Part shown: positions 26,834-38,191 of the stretch, piece by piece
Layout of the letters: each line of letters starts with the position of its first letter
How positions within the stretch are numbered: the stretch's first letter is position 1
NCBI GenBank assembly: GCA_015231925.1
Contig: JADGAQ010000001.1
Coordinates: 18,728 to 82,727, forward strand
Reading direction: 5' to 3'
Length of the DNA stretch: 64,000 nucleotides
Origin: Magnetococcales bacterium
GTDB taxonomy: Bacteria > Pseudomonadota > Magnetococcia > Magnetococcales > JADGAQ01
Made by a program: the position numbers and the translations under genes
Notes under the pieces: model-generated
What the model was told of the DNA's origin: nothing
Database searches by the model: none
What the model saw: only the letters and a program-made list of their open reading frames with translations

Positions 26834-28843
26834 ATGCGGTTTCATAACCCAGGGAAGGGGCTGCGGACCAGATGCCTGGCCGCGCTGGCAGGGGTGGGGC
26901 TCTGGATGACCCCGCTGTGCGGCTGGTCGGAAGAGGCCGATCTGGCCAAATTTCGGGAGCTGTTTACCGAATTGGAACAGGCGGACACCCTGGGCAGCGT
27001 GCTGAACCGGGAAAACTGGCCGGCGGATGATCATCTGCGCTCCTATCTGGAACTGGAGCTGCTTTTCCACCCCCGGTATCAGGTCACTTTTGCCCGATTG
27101 TGGGATTTCTTCCGGCGCTGGCCGGATCATCCCCACATGGATCGGGTGGCCAAGGTGATGACCCCGAAGATCCTCAAAGAAGGCAGCCAGGAGGTCTTCA
27201 TGGCTTGGTTCAAGGTGCGGGAGATGCCGGAGGAAGATATCCGCAGCCGGTACCTGAAAGGGTTGATTCAGGCCAACCGCCGCCAGGAGGCCGTTCCCCT
27301 GCTGAAACAGATGTATCGCTTGGGGGACGAGTCCCTGGGCAGCGCCTTCAACTGGCTGGGCAGCGCCGCACCCACCCTGGTTCGCGAAGATCACGAAGTA
27401 CGCGCCCGCGCGTTGGTGGACAAGGGCAACTGGAAAGAGTTTCTGGAGGTGACCGCCCAACTTCCCGAGAGTTTTCGGTCCTATCTGAGGGCGCTGGATG
27501 CCGCCAAACGGGCCGATAAGAGCTTTGAGGAGCGATTCCAGGATCTGACGGAGGAGGACAAACGCTCCCCGGAGCTGTGGAAGGAGCGTATCGACGGTCT
27601 GCGCCGCAAGGGCTTGCGGGAGCGGGCCACCATCCTGTTGACCGGAGCGGAGGGCAAGTTCCTCAATCAGGCGGATCGCCTCATGCTGCGTTTTCGCATC
27701 GGTCGGGACCTAGTGGAGGAGCGATCCTTCGAAAGGGGGTTGACCCTGCTGAAGGCCAATATCGAGGAAGCCGGGGGCAAACTCGACGAGTCGGCTTGGC
27801 TGGCGGGTTGGTCCTCCCTGAAATTGGGGCGGCGTCAGGATGCCCTGGAGATTTTAAGCCGTCTGGGCGCGGACGGACAAAATCCGTTGCTGCGCTCACA
27901 GGGGGCCTATTGGGCCTCGCGCATTCTGCGGGTGGAAGGTCGGGATCCGCTGCCCATGCTCAATCTGGCGGCCCAGTTGCCCGATACCTTCTATGGCCAG
28001 TTGGCCATGGAGGAGCGGGATGGTCAACCTCCCAGTCTGTCGGGTTCCACCGCACTGCCCTGTCGCTCACTGGAGGGCATTCCCGGACTGGAAAGCGGAT
28101 TGCGCCGTCTGGAACGGCTGCAAGCCGTGCGACGCTCCTTCTATAATCGGGAGGAGATTCCCTGGCTGGCCAAGCGACACAATCTGACGGTCATCGATCA
28201 GCTATGCCTCACGGAACGCTATGGTGCGCCCGATCAGGCCATTCGTCTGGCCGAGCCGCGTCGCAAGGAGGGGGAAATTCTCTGGCGCGGGCTCTATCCC
28301 ATTCCCCCCTGGACACCGATCGGGGGCTGGACCTTGGACCCACCGTTGGTGTGGGGCGTCGGTCGGCAGGAGAGCCTCTTCTTCCATCGGGTGGAATCCT
28401 CCGCCGGAGCGCGCGGCATTCTGCAACTGATGCCGGCAACCGCTCTGGAAGAGTCCCGCATCCTGGGCATGTCCGCTGCCAACAAACACCGGCTGCAATT
28501 TCCCTCTTACAACATGGCTCTGGGTCAGTCCTACCTGAAACGCCAGTTGGGCGTGGTCAAAGGGGATCTGGTGCAGGCTCTGGTATCGTACAACGCCGGG
28601 CCACGGCGGGCCAAACAGTGGGAGGAGACGCGCCGCACCACCGACCCGATACTCTATATCGAGGAGATTCCCATCGCCGAAACCCGGGAATACGTCAAAC
28701 GGGTCATTCGCGGCTTCGTTTTCTATCGCATGATGTTGGGCAAGCCCATCTCCATTCGCAACCTGATCGCGCCGGGAAAACCCGGTGTGGAGGCCTTGCT
28801 GGCCTCGGACAGCTATCGCTTCGATTTCCAGCCGACCAAATGA
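26834..28843 (+). CDS. slt: soluble lytic murein transglycosylase (Slt70-like)
   Basis: 669 aa with a signal peptide and a long superhelical N-terminal region. The C-terminal SLT domain is present (VWGVGRQESLFFHRVESSAGARGILQLMPATA, SYNAGP). Confidence 0.85.
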   Translation: MRFHNPGKGLRTRCLAALAGVGLWMTPLCGWSEEADLAKFRELFTELEQADTLGSVLNRENWPADDHLRSYLELELLFHPRYQVTFARLWDFFRRWPDHPHMDRVAKVMTPKILKEGSQEVFMAWFKVREMPEEDIRSRYLKGLIQANRRQEAVPLLKQMYRLGDESLGSAFNWLGSAAPTLVREDHEVRARALVDKGNWKEFLEVTAQLPESFRSYLRALDAAKRADKSFEERFQDLTEEDKRSPELWKERIDGLRRKGLRERATILLTGAEGKFLNQADRLMLRFRIGRDLVEERSFERGLTLLKANIEEAGGKLDESAWLAGWSSLKLGRRQDALEILSRLGADGQNPLLRSQGAYWASRILRVEGRDPLPMLNLAAQLPDTFYGQLAMEERDGQPPSLSGSTALPCRSLEGIPGLESGLRRLERLQAVRRSFYNREEIPWLAKRHNLTVIDQLCLTERYGAPDQAIRLAEPRRKEGEILWRGLYPIPPWTPIGGWTLDPPLVWGVGRQESLFFHRVESSAGARGILQLMPATALEESRILGMSAANKHRLQFPSYNMALGQSYLKRQLGVVKGDLVQALVSYNAGPRRAKQWEETRRTTDPILYIEEIPIAETREYVKRVIRGFVFYRMMLGKPISIRNLIAPGKPGVEALLASDSYRFDFQPTK

Positions 28844-28871
28844 GGATGGGGCGAACGGGGGAGGGTTATTT

Positions 28872-29741
28872 TCAGGAAGCCAGGCAGAAGACATCCGGCG
28901 CCACGGGATAGAGCGGCGCCTGGCTGATTTGCAGGTTTTCCCCCGTTCCGGTGAAGAGAAACGCTCCCGGTTCCATGAGGTTGCACATGGCGGTCAGGGC
29001 GGCTTCACGGGTGGGAGTGTCGAATTGGCACAGGACGTTACGGCAAAAGATGAGGTCCATCTTCTCTCGAAGGAACAGACCCTCCTGACGCAAATCCAAC
29101 AGGCGGAACTTGGCCATGTTGCGCAGTTCGGGGACGATGCGCACCTGCTGGCTGGCGGCGCTCTTGCTGCGCAGAAGATACTTTTTCTTCAGAGCCAGCG
29201 GAATGGGACGCACCCGGTCCAGACCATATATGGCGGTGCGGGCTTTGTCCAGCAGGCTGTTGGAGATATCGGTGGCCAGGATCTGGGAGCGGAAATTGAA
29301 GCCCGGGAAACGCTCGGCAAATTCACAAAAGACCATGGCCAGGGTGTAGGACTCTTCACCCGTCGAACATCCGGCGCTCCAGGCCATCAACGGTCGTTTG
29401 ACCCCGACGCCGGCATTTTTGATCAAATCCGGCAAGGCCGATTTCATCAAAAACTCGAACTGGGCGGGATCGTGGAAGAACTCGGTGCGGTGGGCCAGAA
29501 GGAAGTCCAGCAGAATCGGCAGTTCTCCGGGCCCGGTCTCCTCATGCTGCAGCAGCTCGATGTAGGCTTTCAGTGAGGTGATGCCCAGGGTTCTGGCACG
29601 GCGCGTGGCCCGACCCAGGAGGTAGGTCTCCCGGTTGGGGGGAAAGTCCATGCCCTCCTGCTCCAGCAGAATGTCTCGCAGCAGACGATACTCCGGCGAG
29701 CCGGAATCCGATCCAGGGGGTGCCTTGGAACTCCTGTCCAT
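28872..29741 (-). CDS. cheR: chemotaxis protein methyltransferase
   Basis: 289 aa with the motifs TEFFHDP, AWSAGCSTGEE.YTLAM, ILATDIS and IFCRNVL. Confidence 0.9.
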   Translation of the reverse strand: MDRSSKAPPGSDSGSPEYRLLRDILLEQEGMDFPPNRETYLLGRATRRARTLGITSLKAYIELLQHEETGPGELPILLDFLLAHRTEFFHDPAQFEFLMKSALPDLIKNAGVGVKRPLMAWSAGCSTGEESYTLAMVFCEFAERFPGFNFRSQILATDISNSLLDKARTAIYGLDRVRPIPLALKKKYLLRSKSAASQQVRIVPELRNMAKFRLLDLRQEGLFLREKMDLIFCRNVLCQFDTPTREAALTAMCNLMEPGAFLFTGTGENLQISQAPLYPVAPDVFCLAS

Positions 29742-29753
29742 GGTATGTCCGAC

Positions 29754-30992
<1,239 letters not shown>

Positions 30993-31001
30993 TCATGGGC
31001 G

Positions 31002-33113
31002 TCAGGCGACGGCTTCCATGGACTCTTCAGATTCGACGAAGCGAACCATTTTTTGCAGATCCAGAATCAGGGCGACGGAGCCGTCACCCAGAATGGTGGC
31101 TCCCGAGAACTCTTCCGAGTGTTTGAAGTGCTTGCCCAGACTCTTGATGACGGTCTGATGCTGGCCGATGACGCTGTCGACGACAAAGCCGACCCGTTTT
31201 TCCTCGACTTCGGAGATGACGATCTGCTCCACATCCGGGGGATCACCCTGGATGTCGAAGCGGTCGCGAATGCGGATGTAGGGCACGATGCTGCCGCGCA
31301 CGTTGATGACGTGGCGACCGTGGGTGCGTGCGACATCGTTGCGGGTCAACTCCACGCACTCCTCGACGGCGGCCAGCGGCAGAACGAAATACTCCTTGGC
31401 GATACGTACCAGCAAGCCTTCGATGATGGCCAGGGTCAGGGGCAGCTTGAGGGTGATGATGGTTCCTTCCCCCAGCTTGCTCTGTACGTCGATGGTGCCG
31501 CGAAGGGCATCGATGGAGCGGCGGGCCACGTCCATGCCGACACCCCGACCGGAGACATTGGTGATCTTGGCGGCAGTGGAGAAACCGGGGGCGAAGATGA
31601 GTTGGAAGGCCTCTTTGTCGGTGATTTCCGCATCCGGGGGAAGAATGCCTTTTTCGATGGCTTTGCTCTTCAGGACTTCCGGATTCAGGCCCTTGCCGTC
31701 GTCCTCCACGCGGATCAGCACGCTGGCTCCGGAGTGAAGGGCGGAGAGGTGAATGGTTCCCACCAGCGGTTTGCCGGACTGTTTGCGCACTTCGGGTGCT
31801 TCGATGCCATGGTCGATACTGTTGCGGATGATGTGGACCAAAGGATCGTTCAGCTGATCGATGACCGTTTTGTCGAGTTCGGTCTCCTCGCCCAGGGTGG
31901 TCATTTCGATCTCTTTGCCCAACTCCTTGGAGAGATCGCGCACCAGACGACGGAACTTCTGGAAGGTGGTGCCGATGGCCAGCATGCGGATGCTCATGGT
32001 GTTGTCGCGCAGTTCGCTGGTCAGTCGCTCGACCTCTTCGGCCACCAGTTGCAAATTATGGTCGCTGAGGGAGAAGCTGGTTTGGGTCAAGCGGGCCTGC
32101 ACGGTCACCAGTTCCCCGACCAGGTCCACCAGTTTGTCGAGTTTTTCGGAAGGCACGCGGACGCTGGCCGCCTCGCCCTGGGCTTTTTTGGTATCACGCT
32201 TCTGGTTGACCGCCTGTTGCTCGATGAGGGCGGCTTCGACCTGTCCCTTGGAAACCAGTCCGGCCTCGACCAGCCGGGTGCCGATGGGTTTGGTGACCAC
32301 TTCCAGGTCTTCGCGTTTGACCGCGCCACGTTCCACCAGGATGTCACCCAGTTTCTTTTCCTGGCCCTCCTCCAGGTGGTCTTCGCGGTCCAGGAGGCGC
32401 ACATTCAGTTCACAGGCGTCTTCGACGAAGATGAAGACATCCCGGATCTCGTTTTCGTGGGCCTCGGTGGTCAGGAAGATTTCCCAAACCGTGTAGCAGC
32501 TCTCGGCATCCATATCCTCCAGGTGGGGGATATGGTCGGTCATGGCCACGATGCGGGCGGAACCCAGGCCTTGAAGTTCCTGAAGGAGGAGCAGCGGATT
32601 GGTTCCGGTGGAGAAGAGTTCCGGATGGGGTTTGAAGCGCACCCGGAAGATGTGCGGTCCGGCCACCTCGGCTTCCGGAGGGGGCTGGCCCGGTTTGCCG
32701 TGTCCGCCGCCGCCGCCGCTATCTCCGCCCTGACCGGGCACCAGGCTGCGCAACCCCGCGATGATGGTCTGAGCCCGGCTCATGTCCGGGGCTTCCTTGG
32801 AGGCGGCAGCGTCCAGCATGGAGCGAATCTGGTCTCTGGCGCCAAGGGTCAGGTCGATCAGCTTTTTGGTTACCGGAATGGTGCCGTTTCGCGCCAGATC
32901 GAAGACCGTTTCCACTTCGTGGGTGAAGGCGGCGACATCTTCGAAGCCGAACATGGCGCCACTGCCCTTGATGGTATGCATGGCACGGAAAACGCGGCTG
33001 ATAAGCTCCTTGTCCGTGGGTGACTCCTCCAGTTCCAGGAGCGAATTCTCCAGTTCGGAGAGGAGTTCATAGGCCTCTTCGGTAAAGGCGCTTGTGTCGA
33101 ATTCCATGGCCAA
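31002..33113 (-). CDS. cheA: chemotaxis histidine kinase CheA
   Basis: 703 aa. It has an HPt domain (FRAMHTIKGSGAMFGF), a dimerisation/ATPase core (DPLVHIIRNSIDHGIE, DDGKGL, SGRGVGMDVV-like) and a C-terminal CheW-like domain. Confidence 0.95.
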   Translation of the reverse strand: MAMEFDTSAFTEEAYELLSELENSLLELEESPTDKELISRVFRAMHTIKGSGAMFGFEDVAAFTHEVETVFDLARNGTIPVTKKLIDLTLGARDQIRSMLDAAASKEAPDMSRAQTIIAGLRSLVPGQGGDSGGGGGHGKPGQPPPEAEVAGPHIFRVRFKPHPELFSTGTNPLLLLQELQGLGSARIVAMTDHIPHLEDMDAESCYTVWEIFLTTEAHENEIRDVFIFVEDACELNVRLLDREDHLEEGQEKKLGDILVERGAVKREDLEVVTKPIGTRLVEAGLVSKGQVEAALIEQQAVNQKRDTKKAQGEAASVRVPSEKLDKLVDLVGELVTVQARLTQTSFSLSDHNLQLVAEEVERLTSELRDNTMSIRMLAIGTTFQKFRRLVRDLSKELGKEIEMTTLGEETELDKTVIDQLNDPLVHIIRNSIDHGIEAPEVRKQSGKPLVGTIHLSALHSGASVLIRVEDDGKGLNPEVLKSKAIEKGILPPDAEITDKEAFQLIFAPGFSTAAKITNVSGRGVGMDVARRSIDALRGTIDVQSKLGEGTIITLKLPLTLAIIEGLLVRIAKEYFVLPLAAVEECVELTRNDVARTHGRHVINVRGSIVPYIRIRDRFDIQGDPPDVEQIVISEVEEKRVGFVVDSVIGQHQTVIKSLGKHFKHSEEFSGATILGDGSVALILDLQKMVRFVESEESMEAVA

Positions 33114-33217
33114 ATCCCCATTTTCCCCGATTGGTTCCGCATGGAAACCAGATATTAATAAATTTCACGACATCGGATCGAGAAGAGACCGGATGCCGAA
33201 CGGCGTCCGCCTCGGAA

Positions 33218-33559
33218 TCACGTCGCTTTGAGGCCTTGCCAGATCGTGGTGGTGTCGCCGGACTCGACACAACCCTGGAAACCCGCCAGATGAACGACCT
33301 CCATGAAGGCGCGGGAGGGTTCCCCGGCCAGGGAGATTCTTTTGCCGCTGGAGAGAATGGCGCGATGTCCGGCGCAAAGAACCTGCAGCGCGGCCACGTC
33401 CACCCGATCGACCCGCCCCAGATCGAGAACCAGATGATCGGTCTTCTGCATGGCGTCGATGAAGGCGTTGCGAAGCTCCTGGGCGTGCTGCACCAGTACA
33501 TCGTCGACGAGAACCAGACTGCCCTGATCCGAGCCTTCGTTCATGGAAAATTCAATCAT
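33218..33559 (-). CDS. STAS-domain protein (anti-sigma-factor-antagonist-like), first gene of the che operon
   Basis: 113 aa, with ..LVLDLGRVDRVDVAALQVLCAGHRA.. typical of SpoIIAA/STAS folds. I could not identify the canonical phosphorylatable Ser with confidence. Confidence 0.65.
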   Translation of the reverse strand: MIEFSMNEGSDQGSLVLVDDVLVQHAQELRNAFIDAMQKTDHLVLDLGRVDRVDVAALQVLCAGHRAILSSGKRISLAGEPSRAFMEVVHLAGFQGCVESGDTTTIWQGLKAT

Positions 33560-33750
33560 GGTTTGCTCCCTCCCCCCCGATAACCGTCCAGCGTCAAACC
33601 ATCATAGGCTACCCGCTTTTGACGTACCAGGATAGAACAAATTGCGAGTTCCCGAAACCGTCTTTGTCTAACACAATCAAAAGCACTATTCAATTTTTGC
33701 CGCCGTCCGGTAACGGTTACGCCCATCTTTTTGTGTTTTGAAGGCTCTTT

Positions 33751-34383
33751 TCACGGTATGATGCGTCGGCAGAGGTGGCGTGTAACCGATTCCGGGTCGG
33801 AATTTTCCAGAATGGCCCGAATCAGCGCCACGCCGTGGGCCCCGTTTTCGATGGCCTGAGGGGCATTGTCGGCGGTGATTCCCCCCAGTGCCAGACAGGG
33901 TCCGTTCGCCTGCCGGCATAATTGAGCGAAGACTTCAAGCCCCAGTGCCGGAGCCCCCGGATGCGAGGCTGTGGAAAAAAGGGGGGAGAGGGTTACGTAA
34001 TCGGCTCCTTCTCCGAAGGCCACACGCATCTCGCGCGAGGTGTGGCAGGATCTGCCCAGCAGTCGCTCCGGGCCGAGGATGGCCCGGGCCTGACGGGTCG
34101 GCATGCCGTTTCCGGGCAGGTGGCAACCCGCATGGGGCAGCGTGAGGGCCAGTTCCACCCGGGCATGGATCAGAAAGGTCACTTTGCGCGGCATCAGCAG
34201 CCCCAGCAGTTCGATGGCCAGGGACTGCAACCGCCGATGATCGAGGGAGGGTTCACGCAGCAGGAAGGCGGGCAGACCGCCCCGGCAGCCGGCTTCCACC
34301 TTGTCGGGAAGGGCGGGGTCGGCCAGACCGTCGGAGATCAGCAGCAATCGCGGCACCGGGGGCTTCACGGCAGGCCCAGCCAT
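33751..34383 (-). CDS. thiE: thiamine-phosphate synthase-like protein
   Basis: 210 aa from ATG 34383 (MAGPAVKPPVPRLLLISD..). The TMP-TENI fold end is ..GADYVTLSPLFST.S....ALGLE......GPCLALGGI. Its start overlaps the queE 3' end by 19 nt. The 169-codon N-terminal extension of the track ORF is rejected. Confidence 0.75.
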   Translation of the reverse strand: MAGPAVKPPVPRLLLISDGLADPALPDKVEAGCRGGLPAFLLREPSLDHRRLQSLAIELLGLLMPRKVTFLIHARVELALTLPHAGCHLPGNGMPTRQARAILGPERLLGRSCHTSREMRVAFGEGADYVTLSPLFSTASHPGAPALGLEVFAQLCRQANGPCLALGGITADNAPQAIENGAHGVALIRAILENSDPESVTRHLCRRIIP

Positions 34384-34985
34384 TTGTGAATCTGCAGGGA
34401 GAGGCGCAAGCGTCCCTCCGAGGCCAGTACCAGTTTCAGACAGCGTTCCCGAGCCGAGGCAACCATCTTTCCTCCCTGGGAGCGGGGTTGGACCAGAACC
34501 AGATGGTGGAGGCGACTCCACTCCAGAATGAAGCCCTCCTCCTCCTTGTTTTCTCCGGGCCCCAGTACGAACTTCACCTCGTCGGCACGGCGAAAGTGGT
34601 CTTCCGGCAGGACCGTTTTGGGAGAAAGGGTGATCCAGTCCAGTCCATCGGGGAACGGCCCGCCTTCGCCGCTGGTCTCCATGGCCAGGGAGTATCCCCG
34701 GCCCCGGAAGTGGTCCACAAGCCCCTGCAAACCCGCAACCGCCAGCGGTTCCCCTCCGGTCAGCAACAGATGCGGGTTGCCCCCGGCCAAACGATTGATC
34801 TTCTCGTCGAGTCTTTCCAGTGAGAGATCCTGCCGCGTTGCCGGATCCCGATGCCGTGGTTCGTCGCACCAGGGACAGCGCAGGGGACAACCCCAGAAGC
34901 GCAGAAAGGTCATGGGCATCCCGGCGCGGGAACCCTCTCCCTGCAGTGAATGAAACAGGTCGCAGACCGGAAAGGTGGTCATCAC
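34365..34985 (-). CDS. queE: 7-carboxy-7-deazaguanine synthase
   Basis: 206 aa with FHSLQGEGSRAGMPMTFLRFWGCPLRCPWCDEP, the radical-SAM QueE signature. Confidence 0.9.
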   Translation of the reverse strand: MMTTFPVCDLFHSLQGEGSRAGMPMTFLRFWGCPLRCPWCDEPRHRDPATRQDLSLERLDEKINRLAGGNPHLLLTGGEPLAVAGLQGLVDHFRGRGYSLAMETSGEGGPFPDGLDWITLSPKTVLPEDHFRRADEVKFVLGPGENKEEEGFILEWSRLHHLVLVQPRSQGGKMVASARERCLKLVLASEGRLRLSLQIHKWLGLP

Positions 34986-34989
34986 GGCG

Positions 34990-35430
34990 TCAGGGCAGGG
35001 GAAGCCCCCGGGGAAAGAGTTGACGGGCCTCCTCGGGAGTGGCTTCCGCCATGGAACGGGGCGTTTCCCAAAGTCTTACCCGAGTCACCCCCGCCCGACC
35101 CAGAAGTTCCCCGAGGGGGGCATGATCCAGACACCAGACCAGAATCCAGGCAGCCAGCCGCTCGGCGGAAGGGTAGAGGATGCCGGGCAGATGGTCGTTG
35201 AGGTACTGATGATCCAACCAGGGTTCCAGCAGGTCGCCTTTGATCAAGCGGTCCAACAGGCCGAAATCGACCACGAACCCCGACTGGGGATCCTCCGGAC
35301 GGACCGGTCGAACCGGACCCTGGAGCTCCAGTTCCAGATGATAGGTATGACCGTGCAAACGCCGACAGGCCCCGTCGTGATAGGGCAGTTGGTGAGCAGC
35401 CTCGAATTTGAAACGGCGTGCGATTTTCAT
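34990..35430 (-). CDS. queD: 6-carboxy-5,6,7,8-tetrahydropterin synthase
   Basis: 146 aa with the motifs FKFEAAHQLPYHDGACRRLHGHTY and ETP. Confidence 0.9.
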   Translation of the reverse strand: MKIARRFKFEAAHQLPYHDGACRRLHGHTYHLELELQGPVRPVRPEDPQSGFVVDFGLLDRLIKGDLLEPWLDHQYLNDHLPGILYPSAERLAAWILVWCLDHAPLGELLGRAGVTRVRLWETPRSMAEATPEEARQLFPRGLPLP

Positions 35431-35534
35431 GAGCGTATCTTATTTCAGGAAGGGCTTGAGAATCAACGCTTGCACGGGATCACCTTCCGTCCTACCCTGA
35501 CGGCAATGGCAGGGCGGGTCAAGGGAATGGGTGA

Positions 35535-37487
35535 GTGGGTGTGAACATCGAAGAGGAAGTCAATAAACTGCTGGGCCCCGAAAGTCCGTGGGCTCGGGCT
35601 CACGGGGGTTACGAGCCCCGTCCCGCCCAGTGGCGCATGGCTACCGGGGTCATACGGACCATTGCCGAGCCTCGGGTCTTCCTGGTGGAAGCGGGCACCG
35701 GCACCGGCAAGACCGTAGCCTATCTGCTTCCGCTGTTGAGCCGTTCCAGTAAGGCCATCATTTCCACGGCCACCAAAGCGCTCCAGGATCAGATCATGGA
35801 GCAGGAGCTGCCAAAACTCCAGGCGGCGCTGGGGGCCAACCTGAATGTGGCCCTGCTCAAGGGTCGGGCCAACTATCTCTGTCTCTACCGTCTGCGCCAG
35901 TTCCGCACCCATTATCCTTTGCTGCGAGGGGCCGACCGCCGCTGGTTCGAGGTTCTGGACCGATGGAGCAACACCTCCTCGACCGGGGATCGCGACGAGA
36001 TCAACGGTCTCCCGGAGAGCCTGCCCATGTGGGGGGCGCTGCATGCCGGAGGAGAGCGTTGCCTGGGCAAGGGGTGTCCCGACTATGACGACTGTTTCCT
36101 GCTCAAGGCCCGGGAGAGGGCTCTCAAGGCCCGATTGGTGGTGGTCAACCACCACCTGTTCTTTGCGGATCTCTCCCTGAAAGAGGAGGGCTTCGGCGAG
36201 TTGCTGCCCAAGTGCGATCTGGTGGTATTCGATGAGGCCCATCAGTTACCCGATGTGGTGACCCGTTTTTTCTGTTGGGAATTGAGCAATTTCCGTTTGA
36301 TGGAACTGGCGCGGGATACCCGCGCCGAGTTTCAGGAGGCGGCGGACGATACCCGGGTGTCGGAAGCGGCGACCGTGTTGGAAGAGGCGGCTACGGTGTT
36401 GCGCAACGCCTTTCCCGCCGAAGACAACAAGAAAGGCCTGGAACCGGAGGATATGAACCGGGAGCCCGGCAGGGCCCTGATCAAATGCGAGTCGGCGCTG
36501 CAGGAGTTGATGCAGGCCCTGGAACCCCACCGCAGTCGGGGAACGGGCATCGCCGCCTGTGGTCGACGCGCCGAAGAGCTTCTGGAGGTGGCGGGCCATC
36601 TGCGTACTCTGGATGACCCCGAACGGGCCTACTGGTGGGAGAGCCGGGGCAAGGGCATCCTGTTGCAGGCGGCTCCTCTGTCGGTGGCCGATACCCTGAA
36701 GGACAATCTCTTCCCTCGTTTCAAAAGCCTGATTTTCACCAGCGCCACCTTGGCTACCAGCCAGGGGGCCGACGCTTTTCAGTATCAGATACGGCAATTG
36801 GGATGCGAACCGGAGAAGACGGCCACGGAACAGTTGGCCACCAGTTTCGACTGGTCTCGCCAGACCCTGCTCTACGTGCCCGGTGAGTTCGTGGAACCGG
36901 ACCACCCCTCCTATCCCCAGGCGGTGGCGGAGGAGCTGAAACGCCTGTTGCAGGCCAGCCGGGGACGGGCCCTCTGTCTTTTCACCAGCTTTCGCATGCT
37001 GGAAGGGGTGCGCCAGGAGTTGTTGAAGTCGCTGCCCTATCCGTTGCTCTGGCAGGGACAGAGCGCAAAACGGGAACTGCTCGATCAGTTCCGTCGGGAA
37101 GAGGCCTCGGTGTTGCTCGGTACCGGAACCTTCTGGGAAGGGGTCGATGTACCGGGAGCGGCCTTATCCCTGGTGGTGGTCGACCGGCTGCCCTTTCCCT
37201 CGCCGGGCGATCCGCTGATTGCCGCCCGCTCCCGTTACATCCGCCACCAAGGGGGGGATCCCTTTCGGGATCTGTCGTTACCCAAGGCGGTCTTGACCCT
37301 GAAACAGGGGTTGGGCCGCCTGTTGCGGCGCAAGGATGATCGGGGCGCCATGGCCATTCTCGACGTGCGCTTCATGAACCGGCCCTACGGTCGGCAATTC
37401 CGCGCCGGGTTGCCTCCGGTACGCATCACCCGTGATCTGGAGGAGATGCGGCGCTTTTTCCATGTCGATCCGCCTCCACAGGGGTGA
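35535..37487 (+). CDS. dinG: DinG/XPD-family ATP-dependent DNA helicase
   Basis: 650 aa. Motifs are Walker A VEAGTGTGKTVAYLLP and a DEAH box VVFDEAHQL. The Fe-S Cys cluster region is YLCLYRL..GERCLGKGCPDYDDCF. The C-terminal helicase motifs are GTGTFWEGVDVPG and RLLRRKDDRG. Confidence 0.85.
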   Translation: MGVNIEEEVNKLLGPESPWARAHGGYEPRPAQWRMATGVIRTIAEPRVFLVEAGTGTGKTVAYLLPLLSRSSKAIISTATKALQDQIMEQELPKLQAALGANLNVALLKGRANYLCLYRLRQFRTHYPLLRGADRRWFEVLDRWSNTSSTGDRDEINGLPESLPMWGALHAGGERCLGKGCPDYDDCFLLKARERALKARLVVVNHHLFFADLSLKEEGFGELLPKCDLVVFDEAHQLPDVVTRFFCWELSNFRLMELARDTRAEFQEAADDTRVSEAATVLEEAATVLRNAFPAEDNKKGLEPEDMNREPGRALIKCESALQELMQALEPHRSRGTGIAACGRRAEELLEVAGHLRTLDDPERAYWWESRGKGILLQAAPLSVADTLKDNLFPRFKSLIFTSATLATSQGADAFQYQIRQLGCEPEKTATEQLATSFDWSRQTLLYVPGEFVEPDHPSYPQAVAEELKRLLQASRGRALCLFTSFRMLEGVRQELLKSLPYPLLWQGQSAKRELLDQFRREEASVLLGTGTFWEGVDVPGAALSLVVVDRLPFPSPGDPLIAARSRYIRHQGGDPFRDLSLPKAVLTLKQGLGRLLRRKDDRGAMAILDVRFMNRPYGRQFRAGLPPVRITRDLEEMRRFFHVDPPPQG

Positions 37488-37489
37488 CC

Positions 37490-38191
37490 ATGAACATTCT
37501 GGTGCTGGATGCCGGCTTCGGACCCGCAGGCGCGGCCATTGCCCGGACCGGTTCGCCGTTGCTCTCCGAACGTCTGGAGGGTACCTTGACCAGCTCCTCC
37601 AGCGGCCTGGCTTTGCTGGTGCATCGTCTGCTGGAGAAGGCGGAACTCACTCCCGACCGGCTCGATCGCATCGGGTTGACGGCGGGGCCCGGTTCCTTCA
37701 CCGGTTTGCGGGTGGCGTTGGGTCTGGCCAAGGGCCTGGCATTTTCCCGAGGAACCCCACTGGCCCTCTTGTCCACACTGAGTCTGCACGCCGCCATGTA
37801 TCACGGGGCCCCGCAGGCCCTTTCGAAGGTGGCGGTGGTACTCGATGCCCGACGTGGCGAGGTTCACGGGGCGCTCTTCGACTGTGCCGCCCCCATTCCC
37901 CGGACTCTTTGGCCCGCCCGCCTGTGGCATCCGCATCCCTTGGGCGAGGCGTTGTCGGCATTTGCCGCCACGGAGGGCCAACTGGCGGTGGTGGGCGATG
38001 GCAGCCCGCTGCTCGGGGAGGGCGATCCCCTTCCCGGACTCATTTTTCCGCTTCAGCAGCCGTGGGTGGATCTGGATCGATTGGCCCGGTTGACGGCCCT
38101 GTTGCCGGACGATGAACTGCTTTCTCCCTGGGATCCTTGTGAACCCCTCTATCTGCGACCTCCCCAGATTACCCTCGCTGCGGCGAAATGA
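37490..38191 (+). CDS. tsaB: tRNA t6A37 biosynthesis protein TsaB
   Basis: MNILVLDAG.., GPGSFTGLRVALGLAKGLA. ATG 37490 lies just after the dinG stop. The gene is followed by rimI, as is usual. Confidence 0.85.
   Translation: MNILVLDAGFGPAGAAIARTGSPLLSERLEGTLTSSSSGLALLVHRLLEKAELTPDRLDRIGLTAGPGSFTGLRVALGLAKGLAFSRGTPLALLSTLSLHAAMYHGAPQALSKVAVVLDARRGEVHGALFDCAAPIPRTLWPARLWHPHPLGEALSAFAATEGQLAVVGDGSPLLGEGDPLPGLIFPLQQPWVDLDRLARLTALLPDDELLSPWDPCEPLYLRPPQITLAAAK

Noticed and set aside
25415-27460. A 681-aa minus-strand ORF spanning the thioredoxin-like gene, ftsY and the start of slt.
   Set aside because: It crosses three well-supported plus-strand genes and their intergenic gaps, so it is an antisense artefact. 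The same reasoning applies to 19725..21635, 6745..8574, 4468..5634, 18869..20101, 41413..42366, 52042..53082 and 57742..58839.
33560-33750. A sigma-28 promoter for the STAS-cheA operon (CCGATAA-like string at about 33575).
   Set aside because: The CGATAA match is on the plus strand, which is the wrong orientation for the minus-strand operon, and it has no TAAA partner at the right spacing.
35431-35534. Possible riboswitches: preQ1 upstream of queD, and TPP near thiE.
   Set aside because: I could not find the conserved preQ1 aptamer core or a TPP (THI-box) consensus in the leader sequences by eye. thiE is internal to the operon. This needs an Infernal/Rfam scan to be definitive.
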